Shown here one piece after another: positions 37,182 through 51,322 of a stretch of DNA of 64,000 nt; positions within the stretch are counted from its first letter, which is position 1; each line of letters starts with the position of its first letter. The translations under genes and the position numbers were made by a program. Where the stretch lies: NCBI RefSeq assembly GCF_964213995.1, contig NC_135802.1, positions 103,726,001 through 103,790,000 on the forward strand, in the 5' to 3' direction. The stretch is from Mustelus asterias. Lineage: Eukaryota. Below the pieces are notes generated by a model. It did not search any database, had not been told where the DNA came from, and saw only the letters and a program-made list of their open reading frames with translations.

Positions 37182-38244
37182 GTAAAGTGAACAAAATCCA
37201 ATCTCCAGCTGGCAGTACTCAAGTCTACATTAATGGTAGACTTGAGCCCAAATCCAGAATTCCTGTCCTTATTTTTCCTGCAGATTTTTTTAATGGAATC
37301 TGATGCAGATCTTTATTGAGTTCACCATCACACTTTCCATTCCTTGAACATTCTGCTTACTCACTCCGCTATGTTAGGATACACTGTGGAACGTTCTTTA
37401 AAATGTATTTCCACCAGCTGATCTCTCATGGCATTACATATCGGAAGTCGAGTTCAAGTGTTACATTCAGGTCATGTTGGATTTGAGGGTGTGGGGAATA
37501 ACTGGATCCAGGGAGTGGGAGTGGAGGAAGGTGAGACGTAGGATAGAGGAGGTGGATGAGGTTATGTGAAGCTTTAAAGGATACTTGAATGAATAGTGAA
37601 TAGTTTCCCCGGACCAAGGAGTGCGGGGAACTATTGCAGCTGTGTGCAGTGGCTTCACAGTTCTATTGGCAGCCACATCTGCGAGTCAGGTAGCTGAGTA
37701 TTTGAGCAGAATGGTGCATTTTGGCAACAGAAACGACAATCTATTTTCCTTCAAGAGCAGGAAACAAAGGTGGGGATTGTTTCCAGGTCCTGAACTCGGC
37801 CCTGGGAGAAAAACAGTCATTCCTTGGGATTTCGACATGGGAACTCCTTTAACTGGCATGGAGATAGGTGCACTGTCCAGTTAAGGATGGCAAATGGGTT
37901 CTTGAAATGGGACAGTCAACCAGAGGTCTTCCAGCTTGAGAAGAGCATCAGCCTACAATAGATTGGAAACAACTGGGAGAGGGCTTCAGCATGGAGATGC
38001 ACTCTAACCAACCTTTTTCAGAAGTTTAATTAAAAAAAATAGATACAACAACATCCCTCTGGAGGGCAGCTTTTTACCTGCAGCCATGCCCAGGCAGGGA
38101 GGGCCCTTAAGCCTTGCTTGACGTTGGATGCCTACTGCTGGATGTCTGCTTCCATGGCAGTTGAACTGACTCCCTCTGGTTTGTGAAACTAGAGACAGAC
38201 TCAACATAGTTTTGTGAGAGGGAGATCACGTTTACTCAATTTAA

Positions 38245-38543
38245 AGCTTATTTATTTATTAGTTACAAGTAGGCTTAAATTAACACTGCGATGAAGGTAT
38301 TGTGAAAATCCCCGAGTCGCCACATTCCGGCGTCTGTTCGGGTACACTGAGGGAGAATTTAGCATGACCAATTCACCTAACCTGTACATCTTTGGACTGT
38401 GGGAGGAAACCAGAGCACCCGGAGGAAACCCACGCAGACACAGGGAGAACGTGCAAACTCCACACAGACAGTGACCCAACCTGGGAATCGAACCCAGGTC
38501 CCTGGTGCTGTGAAGCAGCAGCACTAACCACTGTGCTACCGTG
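38245..38543 (-). mobile_element. V-SINE, tail type B
   Basis: Full head, V domain and tail B on minus strand. Confidence 0.92.
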
Positions 38544-38544
38544 T

Positions 38545-38700
38545 CCTTTAGGGCAGAAACTCTGCTGTCCTTATCTGGTCTGGCCTATATGCGACTTCAG
38601 ACCCACAGCAATATGGCTGACTCTTAAATGCCCTCAGGGATGGGCAATAAATGCTGGCCCAGCCAGTGATACCCACATTCCATGAATTAATTAAAAAAAA
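38545..38700 (+). mobile_element. 3' half of the SINE family at 2728-3112
   Basis: ctggtctggcctatatgcgact...gggatgggcaataaatgctggcc...catgaattaattaaaaaaa. Confidence 0.8.
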
Positions 38701-40029
38701 TACCAGTTGCACAAAATGGATTGATAGTGTATCTATTTGTGGCTCATTTTACAGTGTGCTTGGTTTCTCGTCTAGTAACGTCCGTACAAAGAAAATTAGG
38801 CTCAGTGCAGGACCACCATCAGTCCATTTTACCCTTTTGGCATTGACCGAATTCATCCTGACAATTTCCAGGAAAAAAATGCAATCCAGTGAATTTCCAC
38901 TCAAGCCCTGAAGTAAATTTCAACAGGTCTAGACAGGAATTTGTTGGGAGGAGGTGTGCATTATTTGGGTAAGAGTATAATATTCCTTTTTGTAAACCAG
39001 AATGTTGGTGGTCTTTAAAGTTCACAGTGAATGCATTCCAGAGGTTTCTGCTTGAAGTGAAAGATAACTTGGAGAAGGCGACAGGGCTAAGTTTGCAGAA
39101 ATTGAATAGGATTTGAATTGGCAGGGAAATTCTCAGACTCCTTCATTCCATTGCCTTGGGCTATATGGGGCAGAGGTGAAGGTATGAAGTTGACCCCGTG
39201 TCAACTCCCATGAAGAGGCAGATAATCACTAATTTCCACAACTGGCATAATTAAGTTATTAACGGCTGCAATCTTTATTTGAGAGTCTGAAATTTAACAT
39301 TAAACTAGGACAAGCGTACTTGCATATCATTAGCCTCTAATCAATGTTGGAACAGATAAGGCAATGACTGCATCTGTTAATACTGTATCACTCTGGAATG
39401 GCTGGTGAAAAACATTACAATGTCATATTTTCAATACTGAATATGAACATTTATCTACTGGTGTTGAATTATTTTTTTCATTTTTGTTAATTAGCCGGTA
39501 TTGAGAAAGCATTACATAGTGGTTCACTTTCTGAGGTACAAGAACTGAACTCAATTGGAGCAAGAATACAGAAAGGAAGAAAAACGGCTTGGGTCAAGGT
39601 TTTGTTTCATTTGAAGGCTTCTTATCTTTAACATGCCATGGTTACTGAACAGGTCACCTTAATTGAAGGGGGGATGGGTGGGGGGGGGGGGGGGGAATGT
39701 GGAGGTCGGGAGGGACAATCTGGTAAAAGCTAGTGCAAGCTAAATGAAAAAAAAAATCCCATGTCTAAACTTATGTAGTTTTGTTACATTGAGCTGGGAA
39801 TATTTTCTTTATAGAAAAATTGAATATTTTAGCTACGCCATCTATCACAGAGTTCTTGAACATCTCTTGAGGTGCTTGTTTCTATGAAGGGTAAGACAAT
39901 GCGGATCTGTCCGCATGATTAAAGAAAATGGGATGAATGTTTTAAAAGCTGATGTGTATGCTCTCGCATAAAGGAGATCCATGAGCAATGAGGTAGCACT
40001 AAGTATGGGATGACTCTTGGGCTGAGCCA

Positions 40030-40192
40030 AAGTTTAGTTTAAGTTTATTTATTGGTATCACAAGTAGGCTTACATTAATACTGCAATGAAGTTATGGTGA
40101 AAATCCCTCAGTAACCACACTCAAGCGCCTGTTCGGGTACACCGAGGGAGAATTTAAAATGGCCAACGCACCTAACTAGCACATCTTTGGAT
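40030..40192 (-). mobile_element. V-SINE tail-B fragment
   Basis: cacaagtaggcttacattaatactgcaatgaagtta...ctgttcgggtacac. Confidence 0.85.
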
Positions 40193-41995
40193 TATGGTTT
40201 CACTATGCCATTGAATTAGAGGTAGGAACAATGTTTAATTAAAACCAGTTTAAATTTGGTACATTAGACTCAGTCTGAACTGAGCAATCCAAGACCAACT
40301 GAACATTTCTCTCTTCCCACTTCATTAGTAAGATAGCCCATAAACATTGCTCCCTAATTACTGTTAGTAGTGCCCAGAGCAATTGAAGCACAAACAAAAA
40401 CTGCTCAAACTTTAATTGAATTGCTGTGTTGCAGGTCTTTGCCAGCAATCATATATTTTAGCACTTTTAGGCAATCCACTTGCGAATCACTTATCCCCAC
40501 AAAGAATGGTGATAGGATCCTAACTTTTTTATGAATCTCTTTTTCCTTTGCAAGACACTATCAAAAAATCCAATTGTCCTATTTCCTCATCATGACAAGA
40601 AATAGTTTTACACAGCATTGTTGTCAGCACTGTGACAGAATTGGTCTGCAGTGGGATTTGGAAAGAATTCATACTAATTGACATTTCCCTTTTTAAATAC
40701 TCAACAACAAACACACAGAATTGAAGACGTTGAACTTCTGACTGGGAGATTGACATTCTATTAAGTCTTTGTTGGGAAACAAATATCTGTCTTGTCTTTG
40801 AACAAATGCACGAAGAATTCGGATACTGTTTTAAAATGACCTATGTTCCAACCAACAAGGATCATAGAGGGGAGCGACAAAGAAGGATGGGCTTTTCAGT
40901 CCCTGAAACATATGCTTTTATCACCCTGAGCATGAACTTCCTTTATACGTAGACCATGCAAACATGTTTTCAATCACATTCCGCCCTGAGTACTGAAAGA
41001 ATGAAATGCTGACACTGAATACTTCAGAGGTGGATAAGATTTCAACAGATAATTCATAGATCATTGTTTTAATGACACTAGTAGAATGCAACAAACTTTT
41101 AACACAATGATGCATGTGAGAAATGCAAAAAAACTGGAACTTTTCAAATTTGCAAAGACAACAGTAATATTTTAAATGATAGTGGTTTTTTTTTAAAGTG
41201 CGAGAGCCAAAAACTATCAGCTATGACCTTGCGTTGCCCTTGCATAGCTGAAATTTAACAGTGTAAATGAAAAGATGTTGGACTGCTGAGCAATCCAACT
41301 AATAGTGAGTCAAGCTCCAGTGCCTCAGGAGTTAATAAACTCACACTAAAGTCTTTTAATCTCTGGGGAGAAAAAGTTTCCCTTTAGTGCTAACATGCCC
41401 CAAAGCACCAGAGTCAAGCTAAATTCCAAACATGTTTTCACACAGACGTAACACAGTCAGCACAGCAAAAGGGATCTTCGTTCATTGTGAAAAGTTGAAT
41501 GTGCTGGTATTCTTTTCCTCTCTCTGTTGGATGTTTCTTTGTTTTTATCTTACTTGTTATAGGAATGAGGATTACTTACTAGCAGTTGCTGAGCTAGTAG
41601 TTTATGCACAGGGAGAAAACCAGCTGGTGATGCCAGCCTGATGTCTCATCAGCGCATGTACCCCTAAACCACAACTCTTACCCGCAAGGTGGTATATTCT
41701 ATCACTCTCCACATATTGCATTCTTAACACTTGTCTTGACCAGAATATTCTTTATTTTAAGCATATTTATGCTCTAGAAGCTACACATATCGTATTATTT
41801 TGATAAATGCACATATTGTTGTTGTAGGTGCACATTGTGTGTGCCTATGATACTTACAAATCTATGTGGCCGAGTTCTCTCTCATGTTGTAGGGATACTG
41901 CGCCCTCGCATGAAGTAGAGCGACAAAACAAATTTAACCTTAGAGGAATTGTGGTGTAAAAGATATATTTTCAATGGTGTGGCAAAATTGGAGGA

Positions 41996-42347
41996 AATCA
42001 TAGAAGAAACCCTACAGTTCAGAAGGAGGCTATTTGGCCCATCGAGCCTGCACTGACTCTCTGACAGAGTATCTTACCTAGGGCCCTTTCTCCCCCCCCT
42101 ATAACCCCACACATTTACCATGACTAATCTGCCTAACTTACACATCTTGGGACATTAATGGGCAATTTAGCATGGCCAATCCACCTAACCCACACATCTT
42201 TGGATTGTGGGAAGAAACCGAAGCACCCGGAGGAAATTTACGCAGACAAGGGAGAATGTGCAAACTCCACACAGATGAACACCCAAGGCTGGAATTGAAC
42301 CCAGGTCCATGGCGCTGTGCGACAGCAGTGCTAACCAATGTGCCACT
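41996..42347 (-). mobile_element. HE1-type V-SINE variant, tail A
   Basis: Head, V domain and CR1-like tail on minus strand. Confidence 0.9.
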
Positions 42348-42834
42348 CAAATGAAAAGGGGCTAAATTGAATATTGTAGAAGTTACTGGAATTATGTTTG
42401 GAAAGTTCAAATTCTATTAAAATATTCCCTGACTACAAGGTGATTGAATACAGTTCCCCTTGAAAAAAGCATTCAGCTTTAGCCCACCAAGATATTTACC
42501 TATAATGCCTTTCAAAGCTTGCACACAAAGGTAAAGAATACCTGAAATAGTTGTACCTGCAGTTCTCCAAATGAGTTGATCTTTTAAGTTGTGGAACAGA
42601 TTTTACACGATTTAAAGAGAATTTATTTTTGTGTTGATTTACCTGTGTCATTATCTTCACCATTATCTTGTTGGTAAGTGTGTCCCTTAAAACTATGAAT
42701 ATAAAAGGCTGACATGGCACATTGCGCAGTTAATACATTCTTTTAAAAATGTGATGGGTTTTATCAGAAAATAGCAATATATCAATGTTGTGTTTTCTCA
42801 AATTATTTTGGTCGTTTTCACGTGTAGTAAAGAA

Positions 42835-43057
42835 AGGTCGGTTTAGCTCAGTTGGCTGGAGAACTGGTTGGTGATGCAGAGTAATGTGAACAGCGTGGGT
42901 TCAATTCCTGTATCGGCTGAAGTTATTCATGAAGGCCCCACCTTCTCAAACTTGCCCCTTGTCTGAGGTGTGGTGATCCTCAGATTAAATCACCCCCAGT
43001 CAGTTCTCCTCCTCAAAAGGGTAAGCGATCATCTGGGACTATGACAACCTCACCTTA
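42835..43057 (+). mobile_element. tRNA-derived SINE (distinct family)
   Basis: A box tagctcagttgg, B box gggttcaattcc, followed by a non-tRNA body; no acceptor-stem closure. Confidence 0.7.
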
Positions 43058-44599
43058 AAGAAAGAGCAGAAAATATTATCTCCTGACAGCTAGTCCTTTG
43101 AAAACGAGCATTTCAGTTGAAACTTTTAATGAGTCCACTTAATTTTCCAGGCTTCAGATTGCCTAATGTGCAATTATTCTCCCCATTCCCAGCATCCTCC
43201 GGGAGTCTTTGTCACTGTTGGCAATTCTTCCATCGCTTTGCTCTCCACCTGCAGTGCTGGAGTCACTCAGCATATCTACTTGCTTCAGGGTATTTTCTGC
43301 AAGAATCATCAGTTTTATTCTGTAGCTAGAAACAAAGACAAATCAGGTTTAGCTGAACAGCTCTTGAAAAGCCCCAAGCTGCTTATTATAATTTAATACA
43401 AGCTATGCAGTTGGTGACATAGGTGAGATTTATGACCTGTAGGAGTTTATGTACAAGTAGGCAATTGCACAGAGTGTAAATGCTATTGTCGAGATTTTAC
43501 TTTTAAGTTAATAATTGAAGGTTATGGCCCCTCATCTCTGTGCTCTATCAATTTTTTAATTCAAGGTGCGTATTCAAATACTGTTCCCATGGCACAACAG
43601 TTCATTACTTTTGAGGTTCTGTACAAAATTGATGAATTCTGAATGTCCGCTGTTCCTGATACACAATTACCAATCTGTACCATGTTGTAAGTGGAAGAAC
43701 ATTGCAGAGGCTGGAGAATTTTATATGGAGAGGGAGGGAATGTGTACAGAGTGATCACTCGGAGGAATCCTAAGAACAGTGTAAACAAAGCAATACAGTG
43801 GGAGCAGATCACCTCCCTGTTTTTGTGCTGGAGCATCAGTGCTTGACATGAACATTGACTAAATTTCTAAGGAGGAATGCAAATGAGAATTATTTTTATT
43901 GTAAAAGACAGCCAACTTTGATTCCTCAGTCATTTGGCTGTGCCTGTCAATACCACATGCAAGAAAGTCAGCTTGCGTCGCATGTAGGTGAGAAAGAACA
44001 TTGAGGAGAAACTGCAAAGAGATGGGTCAAAACATCAAGGGTAATTTTCAACTTCACCACCTAAGGGTAACTTGGCAAAATGGAACTCTCACCCTTTATA
44101 GAACCACCCAATTTTCATTCCTTCATTTTAGTAGAATGAAAAGAGGTGGGTTCCACAATGGGCAAACAATCTGTCCAGCCAGATTACTGCCGAGGCAGCC
44201 ATGTTGAAAATGCTCTTATCTTCTCTTCGAGTCCTGGTTCCTGGTCTCTGATATTAGGTCAATCTCTTCTGCATCAGATTCTAAGTGGCATCAATGATTT
44301 TTGAGGTATTGTTTTGTTGTGGCATAATCTTTCAAAAATGTTTTTTGACTTATGATCTTTGAATTAATTAGGAACAGGTTCTAATAAAATGGGAAAAAAT
44401 ACCGTTTCAGGCTTTCTGACTGTCCAAACAATTACTGAAAGATAAAGGCAAATAGAATGGTTGGGAAATTTGGCTCTTCAACACCATGGCACATTACTTA
44501 GTAACCGTAAACACATGTATTACTGGTTAAATTATTCCAACAGGAAGTAGTGCGTTAATCACTTCACCATTGAACATGTCTTCCGGTGGACGGCAGTAA

Positions 44600-44812
44600 G
44601 ATCTGGAATTTCCTCCCTAAACCTCTGTCTCTGCATCTCCTTGCCCCTTTAAGATGTTCCTCAAAATCTAACTTTTTTTGCAAGCATTTGGTCATCCACC
44701 TTAATATCTCCTTTTGTGGCTCAGTGTCAGTTTAATTTTATAATTCTCAAGTGAAGTGCTTTGGGATGTTTTAGTACATTAGAATAACTCTAGATGCATG
44801 TTGGCGTTGTTA
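44600..44812 (+). mobile_element. L2-type 3' tail remnant
   Basis: ctggaatttcctccctaaacctct...gtgaagtgctttgggatgtttt. Confidence 0.6.
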
Positions 44813-45534
44813 AGTAAAAGATGGTGTGGAGTTTAATTTTCATTTAAAATGTGGCCTCTGTAGTATAGTGCTCCTTTTTCAGAGTTCTGTGTTGTAAAGG
44901 ATACTAGAGTTGTTGTCCAGTTTGTTGTTTGTACTGTTGACCCTTGAAGTTACATTGTATGAATAGCTGTATGTGATTGCTCAGCATGCTGATACAAAAA
45001 TTCTTGTCTGTTGCCAGTTAAAACTTGTGTTAAAACATTGGAAAAAGATTTTCATACAAGCACTTTATACGTTCCTATGCTGATACTTGTACGGCATCGC
45101 TACATGGCTTAGTTTTCAGGGATTTGTAGAATGTGTGTCAGCGTGGAACAGTGGAGTGTAAAGGAATATACTTCACAGTAAGTCCCCGTTTAACTTTGCC
45201 CCATTTTATATGGTTTTGGTCAGTGCACGGGGCCAGTATTCTCTTTCAGTGTGATGGGTATAATTTTAAACTTGTTTTGTGCCTGTCTGACGTAGTGAAA
45301 CATGACCTAATTGCAGTGGCTTCTTTCACTTCCTGGCCCCCCTTCTCTCGTTGCCCACCTTCCAACTTGCAGCCTCGATCGCTCCCTAACTCACTGGTCC
45401 TTCCTCTTGCTGACTCTCCTTCTCGCTGCCTCCCTCTCCTGAATCCTCAGTGTGAGTGAGAAGTCTGGGGATGAGCAGTAAGAAACAAGGAGGCCACTCA
45501 TCTCCTCGACATTTAATTGCTTCCCCAGCCGTAC

Positions 45535-45843
45535 AAATAAAGTTTAGGTTTATGTACTTGTGTCACAAGTAGGCTTACATTAACACTGCAATGAAGTTAC
45601 TGTGAAAATCCCCTAGTTGCCACACTCTGGCACCTGTTCGGGTACACTGTGGGAGAATTTAGCATGGCCAATGCACCTAACCAGCACGTCGTTCGGACTG
45701 TGGGAGGAAACCGGAGCACCCGGAGGAAACCCACGCAGACACGGGGAGAACGTTCAGACTTTGCACAAACATTGACCTAAGCCTGGAATCAAACCGGGTC
45801 CGTGGCGCTGTGAGGCAGAAGCACTAACTACTGTGCCACCGTG
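45535..45843 (-). mobile_element. V-SINE, tail type B
   Basis: Full-length copy on minus strand. Confidence 0.92.
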
Positions 45844-46463
45844 AAAAAATCTGGGAGATGGTAAAGGACTTAAGTATTGGCCTCCTTAGAAATAGAGCGA
45901 GGCTGCTGGTTTTGTAAATAGTATAAATTCGCCAAACTGAATTTAGAACCTTTATTGGAATGAATTGTGTAAATTCAGATATTATTTGAATAAATCTTTG
46001 GGCTGTACCTGGAGGTTGCTGATTTGGAATGACCAGACCCTTTAACTCATGTGTAAAGAAGGCATACATGTTTAACATTAGAGTGGCTGACATATTGTGA
46101 AGGTTTTCACATCTCCCTGTGCCTCAAGGTTGTGGTGTTGACTAGAAGAAGGACAAAGAAATGATTTTTGTATAGTGGACTAACTGATGTACACCCCACA
46201 CATCAACTGAACTGGTGTGGGCAGGATTGAATTCCTGAGGGTGATAAAGACATTGGTCTTATAGGGTGCTATGTATATGTTACAAACCATTTCCATCTCG
46301 GCAAGGAATTTCAGGAGGATGCCTCTGTTTATATCCTGAGCGCACCACGTATATTTTCGCCGTATGTTGAAGGGAGTCACCAGAGCTTTTAGGCTCTGAG
46401 TCTGAATTCCCAGTTGGAGAGGCAGAGTTTAATCTCAAAGATAAATTGATCTGTTAACTCTGT

Positions 46464-46830
46464 TCTAACAGTGTTGGACAGGGTAGATTCAGAAAGAATG
46501 TTCCCAATGGTGGGGGAGTCCAGAACTAGGGATCACAGTTTGAGGATAAGGGGTAAACCTTTTAGAACTGAGGTGGGGAGAAATTTCTTCACCCAGAGGG
46601 TAGTGAATGTATGGAATTCACTACCACAGAATGTAGTTGAGGCCAAAACGTTGTCTGATTTCAAGAAGAAATTAGATATAGCTCTTGGGGCTAAAGAGAT
46701 CAAGGGATATGGGGGGGGAAGGGATGATCAGGATATTGAATTTGTTGATCAGCCATGATCAAAATGAATGGTGGAGCAGGCTCGAAGGGCCGAATGGCTT
46801 ATTCCTGCTTTTAGTTTCTATGTTTCTATG
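46464..46830 (+). mobile_element. CR1/HER1-type LINE 3' fragment
   Basis: LDRVDSERMFPMVGESRTRDHSLRIRG..FFTQRVVNVWNSLP; close to 24650-24995. Confidence 0.93.
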
Positions 46831-49800
46831 TTACCGCCCTGTATTACCGAGGCATTTATTGTTAACCAATTAATGAAATAAATGCTTCTGAGAAGACATC
46901 GCAAAGCACTTTACAGCTAAACAAGTACTTTTGAAAGGTTGTCACTGTTGTAAGATACACCTCACACTATAATGACTTGAAACCATTTATTTATTTATGA
47001 TTCACAATAGGATCTGACTTTTATCATTTTGTTCTGAAAGAAAGCAGCACATCCATTGAAAAGCAGAAGTAATTTAGACTCACTGAATGACAAAGAGTTG
47101 CTGTTCTTTATTTCATAGAACATGTTGTCTGTACTTTTTAAATTTGCACCCGAGAATCTTGATGAAGTCAAGCCGTGCAGTCTTTTGTAACATTTGGGCA
47201 GTTTGTACATGTGAACATTTCCCCTTACTCAGATTTTCCCCTTTCCTTTGAAAAATCTAATTATTCTTTCAACTTTCTACAAGCGTGTGAAAGGTTCCCA
47301 TTGTGAAATTTTTCCAGCCCTCACAAGTTTCAGTAGGCCAGTATAAGGCTTTTGAGAATGCTGACTTACTCTCCAGTTTTCCTTTCCTCCACGCGAGGAA
47401 GTATCTCTAGCCTAATTTTTGACAGCACTCAGTATGGCCAATCCTAAACAGTCTGTGATACAACTTGCTGCTTCACCAGTCAGTTTAAAACATGCTGATT
47501 TAGCTTAGGGATGCTGGCAAGTATAAGTCAGCAGTAAGTCAAACACAGTGAGAGAACGAGAAGATAAATGGATGTCGGTGGATTATTAATGGCAACTGGA
47601 TTTAGTTGCTTAAATCACAATTAATCTTAATTAAATGCACAGTTCAAGAAGATTAGCAATAAATGATTGACTTCATAGTCAAAAAGGAATTGTTCTTTTA
47701 CATGTTGTTTTCAAAATAAAACAGAGATAATTGTGTTTTAGGATAATCAAACATCCCAGTTTTTAAACATTTTGGTGTCCTGTGAATTTCCTGAAAATAG
47801 TTCAAATATCCCGGTTTTCACCTTTTCCTTTTTTGTCAGATAGAAACTGGATCTGGGGGCAGAATTAATGTGAAATCTTGTCCTTCTTTCTGTAAACCGC
47901 CATCACATCGCATTGCATGCAGCAGACCTGTATCCCTCCCCTCACCAACATCTCCAAGGGAGTTGTCACTACCCTTTTGGCTTTGATGGCTTCAAGGCTG
48001 ATGACGCCTTCTAAGTGCGTTACAGAATAGGATTGTCAACTCTGGCTGGACATATTCCAGGAGATGTCTTCACATCTTGCAACTCCCCCTCCCTCAGTTC
48101 CTGCCAGTGTTTCCCAACACATCAATCATCACTGAGCCTCATCTTCCCATGACTTTACAAAGCATCCCGATTTGGACCGGTGAAACTTAGGTTAATCTAT
48201 CCTGTTCACCAGACTAACAGATACAGCGTGCTGAAGAATACAAACCAAGATAGAATCTGTGTGAAATTTCTGGTTTTATAAATTGTGTTTAGTTGTCTTT
48301 CCTTGCAACATCTTACTAATAGATGAACCACTTACTTGCCTCTCAAATGCTAAGCACAGTGGGATATGACATTCCATTCTTTCAATAGCACTGCTGCTGA
48401 TGTGTTGGTTAAGCCTTTCACGGATGCGAGTCAAAAGGTAACCCTTGGCATTCATTTATAGAGTTGGAGAGCAACTAAGAGAAATTTGGTTGAGGCTGCA
48501 AAGGGTCTAAGGTGGCAATGCAAGTTTGGCACCAAGTTGAACCTCTTGGTAAATTGACAACCTCAGCCTAGCAGATCAGAGGACACTATTGAATCTGAAT
48601 GGGTAAACTTGAGAATTCTGAGCAATTGACTCCAGATATCTGCAAGCTAAATGCTTTTCAGAATTAGCTCTGTACTTACATGAAGATCCTTGGAGCCTAT
48701 ATTCTCGGAACTTAAGTTGGAGTGAACACCCTTTCCTATAAGGAGAGAATGTTCACTCTTAACTGGCAATGAGGAGCTCTAACGCTGCATACTTCCAGGG
48801 GGTAGTTTTGTTTGGAAACACTTAAACATGGTCTCAAATACCAAAAAAATTGTTTTATAGAATACTGTCTTATTATTATCACTTTCATGTATTACCTGGG
48901 GGACCCTAGCTTCTCCTTGAGTGTGTGGTGACTACCATTTTCTGCTTAACATCTCTCGTGCCCATCCTGCAAAGGAAATGGGGAATTTTATTGGGGAATA
49001 ATGCTCTTTTTTACAGAGATGTAGGATTTGAAAAAAGAAATATTAAAAAATGGTTGTGTTCTTTTGTGATGCTTGGCACTCAAGAGGTAGCTGGTTAGTC
49101 AAATTTTCTGCTAATTTTGTGAAATTCAGTCAAAAGGTAACAAGGAAAATCCGTTCTTTAGACTGTCCCTGATGTGAAGTTCTGATTATATCTGTAAAGA
49201 TTCTGCTGATGCTCTGCATGCATCAATTCCATACATGTAACCTAGTGCAGATGTTTCAGGCAGATTTCTTTGGATACAGTATGTAAAATAATGGCTTTTA
49301 AGTACACAAATAGAGCAGCTATGGTACATGCTATGTTCAGCCCAGTTGGCCAGAAATGTTATTAGTTTGCAGACCATCAGGATCCCCTCAAAAAGTCCGC
49401 AAATTGAAAAACTGTGTTTAAAAAGCTGTAATCAGAGGGAAGAGGCTCTCACCAACAGTGTGGTTACTCAGCAAGAAGAATATGGCGTTGGTAAGAGACC
49501 ATGTTTGGGACCACCAAATACACCTGCAACCCAGTCTTTGGACTAGTCCAGCTCTATTTGAGAGAAACCTCTCATTGGAATTGGCTGGTAGATGAAAACA
49601 GATGAAAATTAGTTGATCGACGACGACTGGGCCAGGTCAGGAACACAAAAGGTTTTGGGGAAAAAGACAGGAAGGAAGGAAACCAGAAAGAAAGGATTAA
49701 GTGGAAAAGAAAACAAATTAAGGCCGCTTTTACACTTAAGGTTATAATGCTGGCTCTATTTAATATTAGCAGAAGCTACATTTCCACTGCTTGGCCACAC

Positions 49801-51024
49801 TGTTATAAAGTCAGGAAAGGCTGAACTCCATCCATAAAAATAGATCAAATACTTTTATCTCTATATCCTACTCAGATGCTTCTTCACAGAGTTATCAAGA
49901 GACAAAACTCAGTCTTTTCAAACTTAACTGAATAAAATGAACACCAGTAACAGGGCTGCAAAATCAGATAAAAGCACAAAGGCGCCTCTGGTCTGGGGTG
50001 ATGGATGCAGCTTGTGACCTTTGACTCTGATGTGAGGTGATTCCTCAGGTTGAGTCATGACTGGAAATCTTCACATTTCAGGTTTGTCTAATGTTGACAA
50101 CTTTGCTTTTAATAGTGAACACAAAACATTTATAAATACACTTTTCATCGGGAAAGGATACAAATACACGTGATCACACAAAATAACACTTTGAGACTGC
50201 ATGCTGTTCAGCCCTAAGAAAGGTTGATTAAACCACAGCTCATCAGTCTCACAAATGTTCATGATTATTGTAGTCTATGATTCTCAATTGCCTGCAAGTT
50301 TGTGAGCATGAAGTATAGCTCTCTGTTAATCTGCTGCACAATAGAGAACTACTCCTTTCAGCTACTGATATTTTAGTGCTATATATTAAGAGATTTTTGT
50401 TGAAATCTGAAATGTTTGTGCAAGGCTGGAGGGTATTTATATTTTGTCTTTTCAAAAGCATTTTACTGGGTGCAGTGTAATTCCACATTGGGCTTTGATC
50501 TACTTCTGTCATCAGAGGGTGGTTTTGAACCTGCCAGAGAGAAGGTCATCTACTTGCTGTTGAGGGCAGAGACTGCTGTGTGAGACAGGGTTACTTAAAA
50601 GAGTAGCAGAAAAATTAAATTAAAGTAGGCACAGGGGTGGCCAAATGGAAGCATAATGTGCTTTCACAGTGGAATTTGACGGGTGACGAGTTAAAAATTG
50701 GACATTTAAAAAAAGGCATGTTGACAAAACAGCTCAAGTCTGCATGTACAAAACAAGATGATGCAACTGTTCTGGACACATTTCATTATCAGGTTATCAA
50801 TTACTGAGGAAAAATGGCCATCTTTCCTTTTTCATTAAGAGGACTTCTCTATGCATTATCCATACACGGCTCAGTGAGGACCCTTGGGCTGGTTTGATTT
50901 TGCTCTTCCTGGATGCCAACCCTAATCTCTTCCAATCTTTTTGAACTTCCATCCCGAGGAGGTAGAATCTTCATTTATTTTACCCCATTATCCAGGCCCC
51001 CTCTGACCATGCACTGTGCGCTTT

Positions 51025-51322
51025 CATTAAAGTTTAAAGTTTATTAATGTCACAAGTAGGCTTACATTAACACTGCAATGAAGTTACTGTGAAAACCCCT
51101 TGTCGCCACATGCCGGCACCTGTTCAGGTACACTGAGGGAGAATTTAGCCTGGCCAATGCACCTAACCAGCATATCTTCCGGACTGTGGAGGAAATCGGA
51201 GCACCTGGAGGAAACCCACGCAGACACCGGGGGAGCGTAAAGACTCTGCACAGTGACTCAAGCCGGAAATCAAACCTGGATCCCTGGCACTGTGAGGCAG
51301 CAGTGCTAACCAGTGTGCCAAC
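51025..51322 (-). mobile_element. V-SINE, tail type B
   Basis: Full-length copy on minus strand. Confidence 0.9.
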
